A stretch of 64,000 nt of DNA from Octopus sinensis (lineage: Eukaryota): the NCBI RefSeq assembly GCF_006345805.1, contig NC_043023.1:7998001-8062000 (forward strand), read 5' to 3'. The position numbers and the translations under genes were made by a program. This document shows positions 35,601-50,195 of this stretch, piece after piece. The notes below the pieces were generated by a model, which was not told where the DNA came from, did no database searches, and saw only the letters and a program-made list of their open reading frames with translations. Position 1 is the stretch's first letter. Every line of letters begins with the position of its first letter.

Positions 35601-37840
35601 ACAATTTATATCAGTGGTGCTCAACTCAGGTCCACACAGCCCCCTCAGGGTCCCATATAAGATTGAGTGGGATTACGCAACAAAATATTATGGAAAACCA
35701 TAATTATATTTTAAGGGCATTCGAAAAAATTTTGCATTACGAACGTAACTGATATGTACTATGTCATAAATAACAGGGACAATTTCATATGACACCAGAA
35801 ATAATTTTTGTTGACAACGATCTGGACAAATTGGATTCACCTCAAGAGACGTCATTGATTGGTTGAAATTGCCAAAATGCAAGAAATTAAACAACAAATA
35901 TCTTACAAACCATAGAATTTTCTCAATAAAGCCAAGAGAAAAAGATATTTCATAAACACATTCTACCAGTATACGAAGTTTAAAAGTGTTTAGTTACAAA
36001 GAAATTATTTTAAAATCTGCCGTTCAAACCGAAAAGATCCTACGTGAGTTCTCTTTGTTAAAATAATCTGGTGTAAATTTGAAAAATTCTCGAAGGCGAA
36101 GTGGTTGACAAAATGAGACAAAACAAAAATCACTGAAACGAAATCAACCAGTCCGTAGAGCCATCTATTGGAGAATTAAAGAAATACAATCATATAAAGG
36201 GAAGTAACTGCTACAAAACTTGTTTCACAAGCTCCAAGTTAAACATGAATTAAGGTGCTTAATTAGCGATCACTGACTCGTTGTTCATATCTGAATACGG
36301 TGAGTTGAGAAATATTTACTTGAAGGCTATAATGGTGATAATAATGCAAATAATAGAATTATGTGACCCTGTTGATGTCAAAGTATTTATTACGAATGGA
36401 AAACATAACATTTGGAAAATATTTCGTTTTGGGATTTGGTTTGCAAGATTCTTTATATGAGTTCGTGTGTTGAAGCATATTCTGTCGTGTCTGGGGAGAG
36501 TCATTCTCTTTTTGTACCTTATATTTCCACTTTTTTCTTATTTTTATTTTCCTAAAATTTTCGTTGTGTCTTGCAACATTTTCCAAAGTTTTCAGTTTTG
36601 AGATATAGAGATAAGTGGCTGATAATAGGTTTTAGAGTTTTGTCGTGGGAGTAAGGGTCGTAAATTACTTCCTAGTTTCGGCGGGGGAAGTTGAAATTTG
36701 ATATCGTTGTGATGAGTGGTCAGTCTACACCTATCCACCACTACAGGTTTATAGTGTGTGTGTGCGTGCATATACATACATACATACACACATACATACG
36801 TACATATATATATATATATATATAACGAACTAACTGTTACTTTCTCAGATGCAGCACGGATCTTTGTCAGTGAACAGGTCGCGGGTCTTAAAGCAACGAA
36901 AATATTTTGACAAATTAAACTTAGATGTTGAAGTGAATCGAACGGCTTTTGTGTGATTCTTAAATGGCTTACAAACACCTTCCACGCTGCAATTGTTTTC
37001 GTTTCAGCACACGATCTCAGATCAAATCACTTGCTATGCAAGTACATCTGCGTAGTTTTGAGTCAAAACTATTGAAAATGTTGCAAGATGCAACGAAAAT
37101 TTTAGGATAATAAAAATAAGAAATAAGTGGAAATTTTACCGGTGAGTGTGTTAAATTATAAGGCACAAAAATGAAAATAAAATAATAATGAAATTATTGC
37201 ATACAGTGCTCAGGTGCACCACAACAAAATGATTCTCCCCAGACGCAACAGAATTTGGAAAATATATTTCCGTGTCTTAAATAATGAATTCCAAATCGAA
37301 ATGTTGATGTGTTGCTTATTAAATTTTATGATCGACTGTTATATGGGTAACTAATTAGTAAAATGAGAGGAAACCGATTGCAGAATACCACATTCATTAA
37401 TGGGTACTACTAGCGAACGGTGGTCCCGGTGTGCACACGTGCATCTGCACTAGCTAGTCGTGACTAGTCGATCCTACAACGACTACCTAGCAAAGTAAAT
37501 AAAACAGAAAATAAATAATTTTTTAAACAAAGTAAATAATACAAAAATACACAAAGTAAGGATCGACTAGTCATGACTAGCTTGCTGCGGATGCGCGAGT
37601 ACGCGAGAGCGCGCACCGGGACCACTGTTCTCAAGAAGGATCCATTGATGTTGACCTGTTTTTTATGAGGCATCGGTAGAACGGTAAGTTGACAAAGACT
37701 TCCTTTAAGATTATATTAATACTAGTAATGATGATGATGGTCTCAAATTTTGGCAGATAGCCGTTTACATAGAAACAGGTATCTCCCGAAAGGAATGGAA
37801 GCCAAAATCGACCTCGGATGTATAACTCAGGACTTGTTTT

Positions 37841-37880
<40 letters not shown>

Positions 37881-38529
37881 TGCTGTATTTTATTTTATTT
37901 CCGATGTAGGATCTTTTTGGTTTGAACGGCAGTTTTTTCTAGTGGTGTTATATGAAATTATCAACCATAATTATGACCCTAGTATTGATCTATTGCATTT
38001 CAGTCATATCTATATATATAGACATTGAATGAATGGCAGTGTTGATGCTGAAATATTTGCAATGTTGAATTACTATGTCTTTTAATGATTCTCTTTATCT
38101 TACTGCTTCTTTTCCTATTTCAGAATAACATACCATGTTGATGGAAACGAAATTTCTTCATTCAGATGTGCCTCTGATATTTTTATTGACTTTCATCAAC
38201 TAAAAGAAGACCATATATATAAGTATAAGGCACATTCATCAATACATCAATCTCTTTATAAAAATAATATCTTTGTGATAAACAATGGGAAATATTGTAT
38301 TCAACAGCAACATTTTTTTTGTTTTCACTGTCTGGAATGTACAGGAGATGATCAATTTACAGGTTAATTGAGCTTGGATTACTTTACAGAAGAATTAACA
38401 TTTTACATCTTCTGTTTTAGATATTAAGATCACCGATGAAACACAACTTGAAATTATTCTCTGAAAATAGTGATAAAACTGGACACAAACCTTCATAGAA
38501 ATGAAAAACACAATATCATTGTGACATGT

Positions 38530-39435
38530 ATGACAAATTATTCTCTTGTAATGAATAATTTAACAAAACCAAAAAACTCTGATACAAGAGAGAAACCATA
38601 TTCCTGTAATATTTGTGGTAAATCATTTTCTCAAAATGGCACTTTAAATAGTCACAAACATATTCATACAGGAGAGAAGCCATATCATTGTGACATCTGT
38701 GGTAAATCATTCTCTGGAAATAGTCATTTGACTAGTCACGGACGTATTCATACTGGGAAAAAACCTTATCAATGTGATATCTGTGGTGAATCATTTTCTG
38801 AACGTAGTAACTTGAAAAGGCACAAACGTATTCATACAGGTGAGAAGCCATATCATTGTGATATCTGTGGTAAATCATTTTCTAATTGTGGTAACGTGAC
38901 TAAACACAAACGTACTCATACAGGAGAGAGGCCATATCATTGTAAGATCTGTGGTGAATCGTTCTCTAGAAATAATCACTTGACTAGTCACATACGTATT
39001 CATACTGGGGGAAAACCATATCATTGTGATATCTGTGGTAAATCATTTTCTGAAAATAGCACTTTAACTAGTCACAAACATATTCATACAGGAGAGAAGC
39101 CATATCATTGTAATATCTGTGGGAAACCATTCTCTACTAGTGGTAACTTGAATCGGCACAAACTTACACATACAGGAGAGAAGCCATATTATTGTGATAT
39201 CTGTGGTAAATCATTCACTCAAAGTGGTGCCTTAACTAGACACAAACATACACACTCAGGAGTGAAGCCAAATTATTGTGATATTTGTGGTAAATCATTC
39301 TCTCAAAGTGATGCTTTGACTGTACACAAACGTGTTCATACAGGAGAGAAGCCATATCATTGTGATATCTGTGGTGAATCATTCTCTCAAAAATGCCTCT
39401 TAAATACACACGTGAGTATTCATACACAAGTTTGA
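38530..39435 (+). CDS. C2H2 zinc-finger protein (type C2), 10 fingers
   Basis: Ten intact fingers; C-terminus HVSIHTQV*. First ATG at 38530 (track start 38470 is GTG); acceptor CAG ends at 38123; AATAAA at 39846. Confidence 0.92.
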   Translation: MTNYSLVMNNLTKPKNSDTREKPYSCNICGKSFSQNGTLNSHKHIHTGEKPYHCDICGKSFSGNSHLTSHGRIHTGKKPYQCDICGESFSERSNLKRHKRIHTGEKPYHCDICGKSFSNCGNVTKHKRTHTGERPYHCKICGESFSRNNHLTSHIRIHTGGKPYHCDICGKSFSENSTLTSHKHIHTGEKPYHCNICGKPFSTSGNLNRHKLTHTGEKPYYCDICGKSFTQSGALTRHKHTHSGVKPNYCDICGKSFSQSDALTVHKRVHTGEKPYHCDICGESFSQKCLLNTHVSIHTQV

Positions 39436-40031
39436 TATGTCAGTGTCAAAATTTATTACAACTGGACAAATATGAATATTTTGTCAGATGAAAAACAGGA
39501 TTTATTCCTCTTAAAGCTTCATGTTATCAACTTCAGTTTCATCAATGTCAATATGAAATTTATGAACATCATGTCATCATCATCATCATCGTTTAACGTC
39601 TGCTTTCCATGCTAGCATGGGTGGACGATTTGACTGAGGTCTGGCGAACCAGATGGCTGCACCAGACCCCAATCTTGATCTGGCAGAGTTTCTACAGCTG
39701 GATGCCCTTCCTAACGCCAACCACTCCGTGAGTGTAGAGGGTGCTTTTACATGCCACCGGCACAGGGGCCAGTGTGGCACTACTGGCATGTATTTATATA
39801 AATGAAGAGGATTGTGCTGGATTTTTGAGGAATTTGTTATGAGAGAATAAAGGAATGGGAATAAGGAATAAAATTTGAAAGTGACATTGATTTTGTCTTT
39901 GTTGTGTTTTGATCATCATCATCATCCTTTTGTATGTAGGCTTGGGTGCTAAAGTGTGACATGAGCTGTCAAGCCAGAGTGCTGCCCCGGGTTCCTGTTA
40001 GATTTGGCTTGATTTCTTTGGCTGTATGCCC

Positions 40032-40244
40032 TTAATCCTTTAGCATTCAGATTACTCTGTCAAATGTAAAGCCTGTTTAATCACATTATTTTAAATTAAT
40101 TGTACAGCATCTTGTAACTCTGAGATTTTGATGATGTCCCTGTTTATTTTTAGAATGACTATGTAGTCAGAGCTGGCTGGTTTGAGCATATAACAGGAAG
40201 ACAATTTTGGCCTGGTATGGCCGGTTTAAACACGAAAGGGTTAA
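40032..40244. mobile_element. piggyBac-type MITE with TTAA target duplication
   Basis: TTAAtccttt…aaagggTTAA; the paralogous empty site has a single TTAA at 33332-33335. Confidence 0.85.
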
Positions 40245-40669
40245 GATACATGGTGTATTTTATAAATATGGCTGTTCAAGTATCATAATAGTATGAAACT
40301 AGTAGTAGCCCTTTCAATTGTGTATTTAATTTGATATATATATGTATGTGTGTGAACATGATGAGTCTGATAACTAAAGTAAGTGTATACAAATCTTGTA
40401 TTTTTAGCATATCTTTGTATTGGGCAGAAGCAGGGACTCCCTTCTACACAGAAATAAAAAAAAACTTGAAACTTTTCACATATGATGTTTGCACAAAATA
40501 TGCAACAAAATGGCAAGATAAGAAATGTCAAAACCTTAGAAATATGTGGTATGTCCAGAATCCAAAGCGTGTTGATGAGAATTCAGTGCAGATGGGTAGG
40601 ACATGATTTTCAAATGACAAATGGCTGCATTAAAAAAATTCTTCTATATGGCAAACAAGTGGATGGATA

Positions 40670-40870
40670 TCTATTTCTTTACTACCCACAAGGGGCTAAA
40701 CACAGAAAGGACAGACAGATTAAGTCGATTATATCGACCCCAGTGCATAACTGGTACTTAATTTATCGATCCTAAAAGGATGAAAGGCAAAGAACCCAGA
40801 ATGTAAAGACAGACGAAATACCGCTAAGCATTTCGTCCGGCATGCTAACGATTCTGCCAGCTTGCCACCG
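40670..40870 (-). mobile_element. SINE family 2, reverse, inserted in an RTE relic
   Basis: Reverse complement of the 30565 element; absent from the paralogous site at ~33740. Confidence 0.75.
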
Positions 40871-41160
40871 ATGGATATCATGACAGGAAAACCTATCTTT
40901 ACGGATAAGAATAAGCTAAAGCAATCCATAAAATCTCTACCACTTGATTTGACATGTTGGGGTAAGTCATTGCCTGGATCCACTTCCATGGTGTAAAATT
41001 TCTGGCTCTAGACAAATGGTGTAAATCTGATTTAGGTGTATTTACATTTTTTTCTCTACAACAAAAAATTTTCTCTATGACAAAACACAGTGAATGTGTA
41101 TGAGTTTGAACCTGCCACTGACATATCCAAAATGGTAATAACATTGCATTTATGCTTAGT

Positions 41161-41528
41161 ACTCTCTTTCTCTTTTACTTGTTTCAGTCATTTAACTGTG
41201 GCCATGTTGGAGCACCGCATTTAGTCAAGTACATCGACCCCGGAACTTATTCTTTTGTAAGCCCAGTACTTATTCTATCGGTCTCTTTTGCCGAACCGCT
41301 AAGTGACGTAAACATACCAGCATCGGTTGTCAAGCAATGCTAGGGAGACAAACACAGACACACATACACATATATATACAGGCTTCTTTCAGTTTCCGTC
41401 AACCAAATCCACTCACAAGGCTTTGGTCAGCCCAAGGCTATAGTAGAAGACACTTGCCCAAGATGCCACACAGTGGGACTGAACCCGGAACCATGTGGTT
41501 GGTAAGCAAACTACTTACCACACAGCCT
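41161..41528 (-). mobile_element. SINE family 1, reverse
   Basis: Reverse complement of the family consensus. Partial reverse copies at ~26270-26430 and 42679-42945. Confidence 0.8.
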
Positions 41529-41834
41529 GTTTTAAAAAATTACAGGCTTCTTGATTTAAGGTCTATTTGGCTGTTATTTTTACCACATCTCTCGAAAGCA
41601 TGTCTGTTGACACTGTGCTCTGTTACTTGTGCCCATCTACTGTGCTAAAAATAACAGCCAATGTTTACTCTGTGTGTGTACATAATAAAAATGTCAGAAT
41701 CTGATAGAATCAAGGTATTTTAATAATGATATAGAACTGGGTACCATCCTGGATTGGTTGTATTCCAAGACAGATGCTTTTGTAGTGGTGAGTAATCTTG
41801 TTGATTGTTATTGTAATAGCAGTCCTAGTTATAT

Positions 41835-42150
41835 TAGGTGGGTGAGCTTGCGGTTGTTTGGCCATGCATGTAGGCGTCCAGTGGGCGAACTGAGCTGTGA
41901 TGTCCTTCTCCCAACGCGCTGGCGGGCAGCTGAAGACCTGGGTTACGACGATCAAGGAGGACCTCTCCATGCTCACGGGACAGCAGGTGGTCGGCCTGCG
42001 CCGATGGAACAGTGACTGGCTCGCTATCTCGAGTGAACTGATGCAGGACCAGTCATGCGTGGGCTGCCATGGTTCAAGATGCCTCGAGGGTGGTAGAAGA
42101 AGCCGACTCAACCCGCCCAGGGTGAATGTCGCCACAAGTACAAGTAAGTA
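41835..42150 (+). mobile_element. 3' end of an RTE-clade LINE with a (CAAGTA)n tail
   Basis: LRLFGHACRRP…GGQLKTWVTTIKEDL…W, then acaagtacaagtaagta. Confidence 0.7.
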
Positions 42151-42384
42151 GTCAGAGAAAGTGGCCAATTAACAGACATAAACAAAATTGGATTCAAAAC
42201 AATTCTAGGAATCACGAGTGACAGAGACACATAGTGGTAGATATTGGAACTACAGTGCAATATGAGCTCCGAAAGACTGATATTTAAGACAACGCAACTG
42301 ATTTCAAGATTTCATTCACTAAGCTGCACTATTTTATGGTGTGTATATTAACATTTAAAAATCAAAAAATCAAATCAACATCAA

Positions 42385-42658
42385 TGGAATTTGTAGTTGT
42401 GGTACCAGTGCCAGTGGCACATAAGAGGACCATCTGATCGTGGCCGTAGCCAGCCTCGTCTGGCACCTGTGCAGGTGGCACATAAAAAGCACCCACTACA
42501 CTCAAAGAGTGGTTGGCGTTAGGAAGGGCACCCAGCTGTAGAAACTCTGCCAGATCAAGATTGGGGTTTGGTGCAGCCATCTGGTTCGCCAGACCTCAGT
42601 CAAATCGTCCACCCATGCTAGCATGGAAAGCGGACGTTAATGATGATGATGATGATGT
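42385..42658 (+). mobile_element. Retroposon with an RTE-like 3' end and (GAT)n tail, plus orientation
   Basis: ggcgttaggaagggcacccagctgtagaaactctgcc…ggacgttaatgatgatgatgatgatg. Confidence 0.7.
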
Positions 42659-42999
42659 GCATATCGTAATATGGTTTTATTCTCTTTTACTCTTTTACTT
42701 GTCTCAGTCATTTGACTGCGGCCATGCTGGAGCACTGCCTTTAATTCAAGGAAATCGACCCCAGGACTTATTCTTTTGTAAGCCCAGTACTTATTCTATC
42801 GGTGTCTTTTGCCGAACCGCTAAGTAACGGGGACATAAACACACCAGCATTGGTTGTCAAGCGATGTTGGGGGGACAAACACAAGTGCACAAACACATAC
42901 ACATACACACATATATATATATATACATACATACGACGGGCTTCAAGAGATTGGTTCCATGGCCAGGCGCCCTAGACGTGGCCAAGAGAGAAATGTGTG

Positions 43000-43870
43000 G
43001 ATCCTTCAGCTTATCAAATGTATCAAAGAGAAGACACGGTGAAATCCTTGTCGTTCCGTCAGAAAACTGGATGCTACAGTAAAAATAAGCTGAACATCGG
43101 TGTATCCAAGCGCTGAAGGAGTGTCTCAGGACCCAACGATAAAAGATGATCCGTTGTCATGAGCTCACACAAGTTTACAAAGCCATGGAACTGGAGAGGA
43201 ATCGTCTTAGCATGCGTGAGATTGTTGATGAAAAGGAATTTGACATCGAATAGACAGTAAACCAGCAGAATGGCCAGCCTTGGTGTGTATCTGGCTCCGT
43301 CGAGGGTGGATCGATAAATTGACGTCAATATGTGATGTTTGTGTACTACTTCCAACATAAAACCGAGCAACCATATTCATAACAGTGAGGTACTATCAAA
43401 ATGCTGCATATCAGGTACTGGAGCCATCCTCATCACCATACAGCTGAGATGGTCAGGTCATCTCTCACGTATCGCAAAGCAACTTCTCTTAGGCCAATTC
43501 CTATAAGGAAGGTCAGTTGGAAGGTCACACCTACGCTTCAAAGGCAAACTAAAAAAACAATCTGAAGCGATGCAACATGCCCTTTTCTCCCTGGGAAACC
43601 AAAGCACCAGATCACAGAAGCTAGTACTAGACCTTCTTCTCGTCAGGTTTGAGAATAATCGGCTCCAACAACGGGAACAACTTCGTGCAAGCATAAAGGT
43701 ACGCTGGCAAACACTGCTCACTAAATAGAAACCTCGCGTGTCATTGTGGTTTTGGGACACGAAGCAAAGCAGGCTTATTGTCCGCTGAATAAAACACATG
43801 GTAAATGATCCAGAAGGCACTGAAACAAAATGAGCACTCAACTGGTTTGATTTGCCCAAAAGATTTTCAA
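43000..43870 (-). mobile_element. Highly decayed LINE reverse-transcriptase fragment (RTE-like)
   Basis: Weak remnants of NHRGISL/QAGFRPGRG-type motifs (TRGFYLVSSVC…WFPREKRAC). Confidence 0.45.
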
Positions 43871-43973
43871 GGCAACAGGGGGGGCATCAAGAGACACTCC
43901 GCACCGAAGAACATGGTTAACGCTTTATTTTACTGAACCTCCATTTGTCGTTCACGACAAGAAGATTTCATCT

Positions 43974-43974
<1 letters not shown>

Positions 43975-44030
<56 letters not shown>

Positions 44031-44176
44031 CATACATACATATATATGTATGTATATAAGTATACATATAATATATATATACATACATATATACGTACAT
44101 ATATACATACATACATATATTATATATATGTTATATGTATGTATGTGGTATATGTATATACATATATATATAATAT

Positions 44177-44233
<57 letters not shown>

Positions 44234-44459
44234 CATGTATATAATATCACACACACACACACTTAGGTGCGCAAACAACGCAGTGAGAGATGAAGATGGA
44301 GAAGACAGACAGCAAACAACCGGACAGACACGTAAATCGTTGAGTGCAAGAATAGACACATATTCTGTGTCATTCCATAAATAATGCGGGATTTTAAAAA
44401 ATTTATTTTTCAAAATTAAGATAGCAGTGTTTTTTCTTTAATCTAAAATTTTCTACCAC

Positions 44460-44499
<40 letters not shown>

Positions 44500-44680
44500 A
44501 TATATAAGTATATATATATATATGTATATATGGGTGTGTGTGTATATATGTATATATATATGTATATGTTATACACTCACACATACACACGCATATATAT
44601 ATATATATATACTATAATATATATATAATGCATACATATTCAGATATACATATAGTTATATGTATGTGTATATATCTATA

Positions 44681-44725
<45 letters not shown>

Positions 44726-45060
44726 GGTGTGGTGTGTGTGTATAGATGAATGTATGTATGTATGCATATATATACAGACATACATAGATACATGACACGC
44801 ATACATATGAAAAGAACATGAAACCTCAGAGTAACAGGTTTGTTGAATTTTCTGCTGCTTTAAATAAAGCATATTACTCTACCACTGGTGTTGTGTGAGT
44901 ACTCTTTTTTTCCACCTTTTTCACATTCATGTGTTTTACTCCGATATATATATGTTTATATATATATAATATATATATATTATAGATATATATATACGTG
45001 GGTGTGTATATTATATATATAGTTTATATATATATGCGTGTGTATGTGTGAGTGTGTACA

Positions 45061-45098
<38 letters not shown>

Positions 45099-45112
45099 TT
45101 ATATATATATAC
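43975..45112. repeat. Compound (TA)n/(TG)n/(TATG)n microsatellite field
   Basis: Read directly. Similar tracts occur at 27150-27290, 27840-28125, 23990-24058 and 36750-36825. Confidence 0.95.
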
Positions 45113-45124
45113 GGGTGACTAGGC

Positions 45125-46330
45125 AGCTAGCCCACATAACCAGCTGGTTTAAGCATCTCAGCAGTGATACCTGATGGGCCGGGGCTTTACCTGGTTTCAT
45201 ACCCTTAATTCCTTAACTACAAGGGAGCTTTCTATTTGTATAGCTGGTCCCTCTACTGGGTCAACCTTTGGCAGGCTCTCCTCCTCCCATTCATTCTCCA
45301 CATTTAGCAGTCTTCATAATGGCTTCTCCACCTCTTTCTTTTCACCAACATTAAAAGCAAGTGCCCATCATCCATTGGACACATTTCTCTCCTGTAACAT
45401 CACTATTTTCTCTCACACACTGTCTAGCAATCCGAAATACCTCTGTTCTTTGGTCCTCGCGTCGCTTGGACATTGCGAACTTCGGTCTTCTTTCTTCTCA
45501 TATCTTTTGGCTATGTATACCTGCCGCCCGGGCAGCACTTTTGGCTACTTGGCACAGTTCCCTGCTACCCCATCCCTCCAGGCGACTCCAGGCCTGTTTC
45601 TTTGCACTAATGGCTTTGTCTACTGCACTATTCCACCACCACGTAACTCTAGGTCTGGAAGGGACTTTGCACCATCCATAGACTTGGTCGTGGCACTCAG
45701 CAAGCTGTCCTGTAGGAATTTCCAGCTACTTCTATGTCCGACGTCTGTAGCTCGTCCTCCCTCTCACATCAAATTTCTTGATGAGGATGTCCCTAAAGCT
45801 CACCATGTGAAGGGTTCTTTAGCTTCCAAATCCTTCTTTCTGGCTGGTCTTTTTCTTGGAGACCTTCTGGCCTGAAGTCTAAAGTCACTAATGCCTGAAG
45901 CCTAAGTCACCCATGCTGAGGGATACATTCTTCAGCCGGGAGGGTTCTTTGTGTATTTAAGAGTGCCCTGCATCCCTGTCTGGTGAGATGAAGTCTATTT
46001 GGCTAGCGGAGTCTCCTGACTGATAAGTTATAAGGTTGGCAGTCAGGCTTCCGAAGTTAGTCGTTGCAGAGTAAAAGGTTACATGCATCCACAGAATTCC
46101 AGTAGTTTAGTTTCCCTCATCATTTCTGTGCCAATACCATGGCCACCGTGTACCCCAGTGAGATAACCCGATTCCCACCCAACATGCCCATTAAAGTCTC
46201 CACCACAAAGATGAGGTCCTTGCCACTAGTCTTTGAGGTAGCCTGTAGAAGGGTATCATAAAAGTGGTCCCTTCTGATCTTTGATAGCCCTGCATGTGGG
46301 GCAATAGCGAAGATAATCGTGGCTGTGCCA
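45125..46330 (-). mobile_element. Decayed RTE-clade LINE ORF2 fragment (endonuclease C-terminus to pre-RT region)
   Basis: The minus strand reads ATIIFAIAPHAGL…FYDTLLQATSK (APE-like) and RLLNVENEWEEESLPKVDPVEGPAIQ…GKAPGPSGITAEMLK, with many stops and frameshifts. Confidence 0.8.
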
Positions 46331-46332
46331 CT

Positions 46333-46926
46333 ATTAGAGGCAGCATGACCACATAACCAGTCCTCCATACTCTACCAAAGGTAATATCAAAAAATGGTCC
46401 CGGTGCGCGCACTCTTGTCCTAGTCTGTCGTGATTGGTCGATCCTTCAAACGACTTCCTAGCGCGAGTATGCAATTAACAGATGCGTGCAAAATAATACA
46501 TGTATATAACGGCTGAATATATATCAATAAAATGGGTTTTTGTCTTAAACAAAGTAAATAAACGACTCAACAAAAGAAATTACTTAGTTTGTGTTATTTT
46601 CTTTTTAAAATATTACTAGACATGTTTGAGGTTTTTTTTAACAATAATTTTTTAAACAAGAAAATAAAACAAAAGTAAGTAATTTCTTTGTTGAGTCTTT
46701 TATTTACTTTGTTTAAGACAAAACCCATTTTATTTGATATATATTCAGCCGTTATATACATGTATATTTGCACGCATCTGTTAATTTGCATACTCGCGCT
46801 AGGAAGTCGTTGAAGGATTGACCAGTCACGACAGACTAGCACGAGTGCGCGCACCGGGACCATTCTTTTTTGAGTATTACCTTTGGTAAGTATGGAGGAC
46901 TGGTTATGTGTTCTGCTGCCTCTAAT
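46333..46926. mobile_element. Foldback element: MITE family 2 core plus ~60-bp outer inverted arms
   Basis: Arms of ~270 bp, from attagaggcagc… to …gctgcctctaat, near-perfectly inverted. Confidence 0.8.
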
Positions 46927-48075
46927 TTTTATTCATCCCCTGCAATGCTTCTAGATTCTCACCAACATATGTAATGTTCTTGTCTTTACAAGCACCCCAC
47001 ACAGAGTGATTATATCATTCTACCCGGACACAACCTGTGAGGTGTTCAGAGGGTTTGCAGCTATTGATTCTACTGAGGAGATCCTCCCTGCTCACAAAGA
47101 CGTGTGGTCGCCATTTCCGTGAGTGGTCATAACACCTGCGAGAGGAAAGAGAATAATTACCTTTGTCCCTTTTTTTAATGAAGGACTCATGAAATTGTAA
47201 GATGTATTTGGAGTCAAGATTTTGCTCCATGAGCCGACTCTACTTTTTGGGGTTTATACAATATTAATGTTGATGATAATAATAATAATATTTTGGCATA
47301 ACTTCGGTATAAGTACCGGATACATTTCAAGAAAGTATTTTTGTTATATATATGTGGGGGCTTTGGGTTAGGGGTTGGAGAAAAGGGTTTCTGTTATATT
47401 CGGAAGTGTAAAGAAAGCCACTTCTGAATAAGCCCCCATATATATATTAAAAAAATACTTTCTTGGAAGTAAGTACCGGAAATGTAAAGAAAGCCACTTA
47501 CGGTACCTATACCAAAGGATCGCCCTCTGCATTTTTTGTTTTATTTACCACGAAAGGATGAAAGTCGACCTCAGTGGAAGTCATACTTTGAAAGGAAAGA
47601 CGTTTGGGCACCAACTCATGACAGACGAAATATAAAGAGGGACCTTCACTGTGGGCTAGCTAGCAAGCTGGTCTTCAGAGAAGGGACTCCTGGTTAGGTG
47701 GGAGGAGCATCTGGATGCTCAAATGATCGATCGTACTCGCCCTCACAGTGTGTACCTGATTGAAGAGAAATAAACAATGCACAGACACCCTCCCATTCCT
47801 GATTGCTTTTATCTCTAGTTTGGACAAAGCTATTCACGAACGAAATGCTGTTAAGCAATTAATCCGGCATCTTAGAGATTCTGCCAGTATTTAATATTGT
47901 AGCAAGTCAGGAAAGCATTTCAGTTGCACAGTTCTGCTATGTCATCTCCACTCATCAAGGGTGGGCACGTGGGCCTAGAGGCAATTTCAGTGCCCATGAA
48001 GAGAGTGGGAGTTTTAATTAGTTAGTGGAAACGCGGCAGACGAGTAACAATGCTTCTTTATCATTAACTCTGTGA

Positions 48076-48390
48076 GGCGCGTGGCTTAGTGGTTAGGGCA
48101 TTCGGCTCATGATCGTAAGGTTGTGAGTTCGATTCCCGGCGACGCGTTGTCCTGGGGCAAGACACTTTATTTCACGTTGCCTCCAGTCCACTCAGCTGGC
48201 AAAAATGAGTTGTACTTGTATTTCAAGGGTCAGCCTTGTCACTCTCTGTGTCACGCTGATTTCCCCGAGAACTACGTTCAGGGTACACGTGTCCGTGGAA
48301 TGCTCAGCATTTGCACGTTAATTTCACGAGCAAGCTGTTTTCCTTTGATCGTACAGCTGGGACCCTCGTCGTCGTAACCGGCGGAGTCTT
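48076..48390 (+). mobile_element. tRNA-derived SINE family 3
   Basis: A-box tggcttagtgg and B-box gagttcgattccc, followed by a non-tRNA core (gggcaagacactttat…tccactcagctg). Confidence 0.75.
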
Positions 48391-49180
48391 TAGAGAACAT
48401 TAACTCTGATCACCTGATAAACAGCCCATTTCACTAGTTATTGGTCAGTGATTTTGCAGTTTTTGTCTGAATACGGTAAGTTGACAACCGATGAAATAAT
48501 ACTACTAATAACAATGTAATTAATAGAATTCTGTGAACTTCTCGGTGTCACAAGTAATTATTCTAAGCGAAAACATAAAACTTTAGGGAAATATATTTTT
48601 CCTCGTCTTAAATAATAACTTTCAAACTGAAATGTTGGTTTGTTGTTTCTGAAAAACCTATTATCGGCTGTTCACGAATGAAATGCTGTAAGCAAATTCT
48701 GGATGGCAGCAAACTCACTACTCTGGTCATGTTATGTCCCTCTATTTTTCGTTTTGGCTAGCTCCATTCCCATTAGCTTCTAACTCCTTCCAACTCAATC
48801 TACTTATTCAAGCATCGACAGTCAAATGCTGACAATGGTAGTGATGTAAATTCTCCCTGTTGAATTACTTATGTGGGTCAACTATCCAGTTTTATTTAAC
48901 TGCTTCTTTCTATTTGTCAGAATATCACATGTTGGTGTGAAGGAAATCTCTCCATGTGTCTTTGATATTCTCAGCACCTAAAGAAAACAGTATATTTATA
49001 AGGACATTCATGAATAAGTCTACCTCTGTATATATACAGTCTATACAAGGAACAGCGAATATTTTTTCTCTCTCTGGAATGTTTTGGAAAAACATTGCAT
49101 TAAAAAATGTTATCTGAATGAAGTGACACAAAGTGAACAGAAATGTATTCATGGAATTGAAAAACACTTTTATCATTGTG

Positions 49181-50195
<1,015 letters not shown>

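Noticed and set aside
45174-45875. 233-aa plus-strand ORF
   Set aside because: It is antisense to the decayed RTE ORF2 and has no independent protein features.
48076-48150. Functional tRNA gene
   Set aside because: A and B boxes are present, but there is no convincing acceptor stem or T-run terminator, and the sequence continues into a SINE body.
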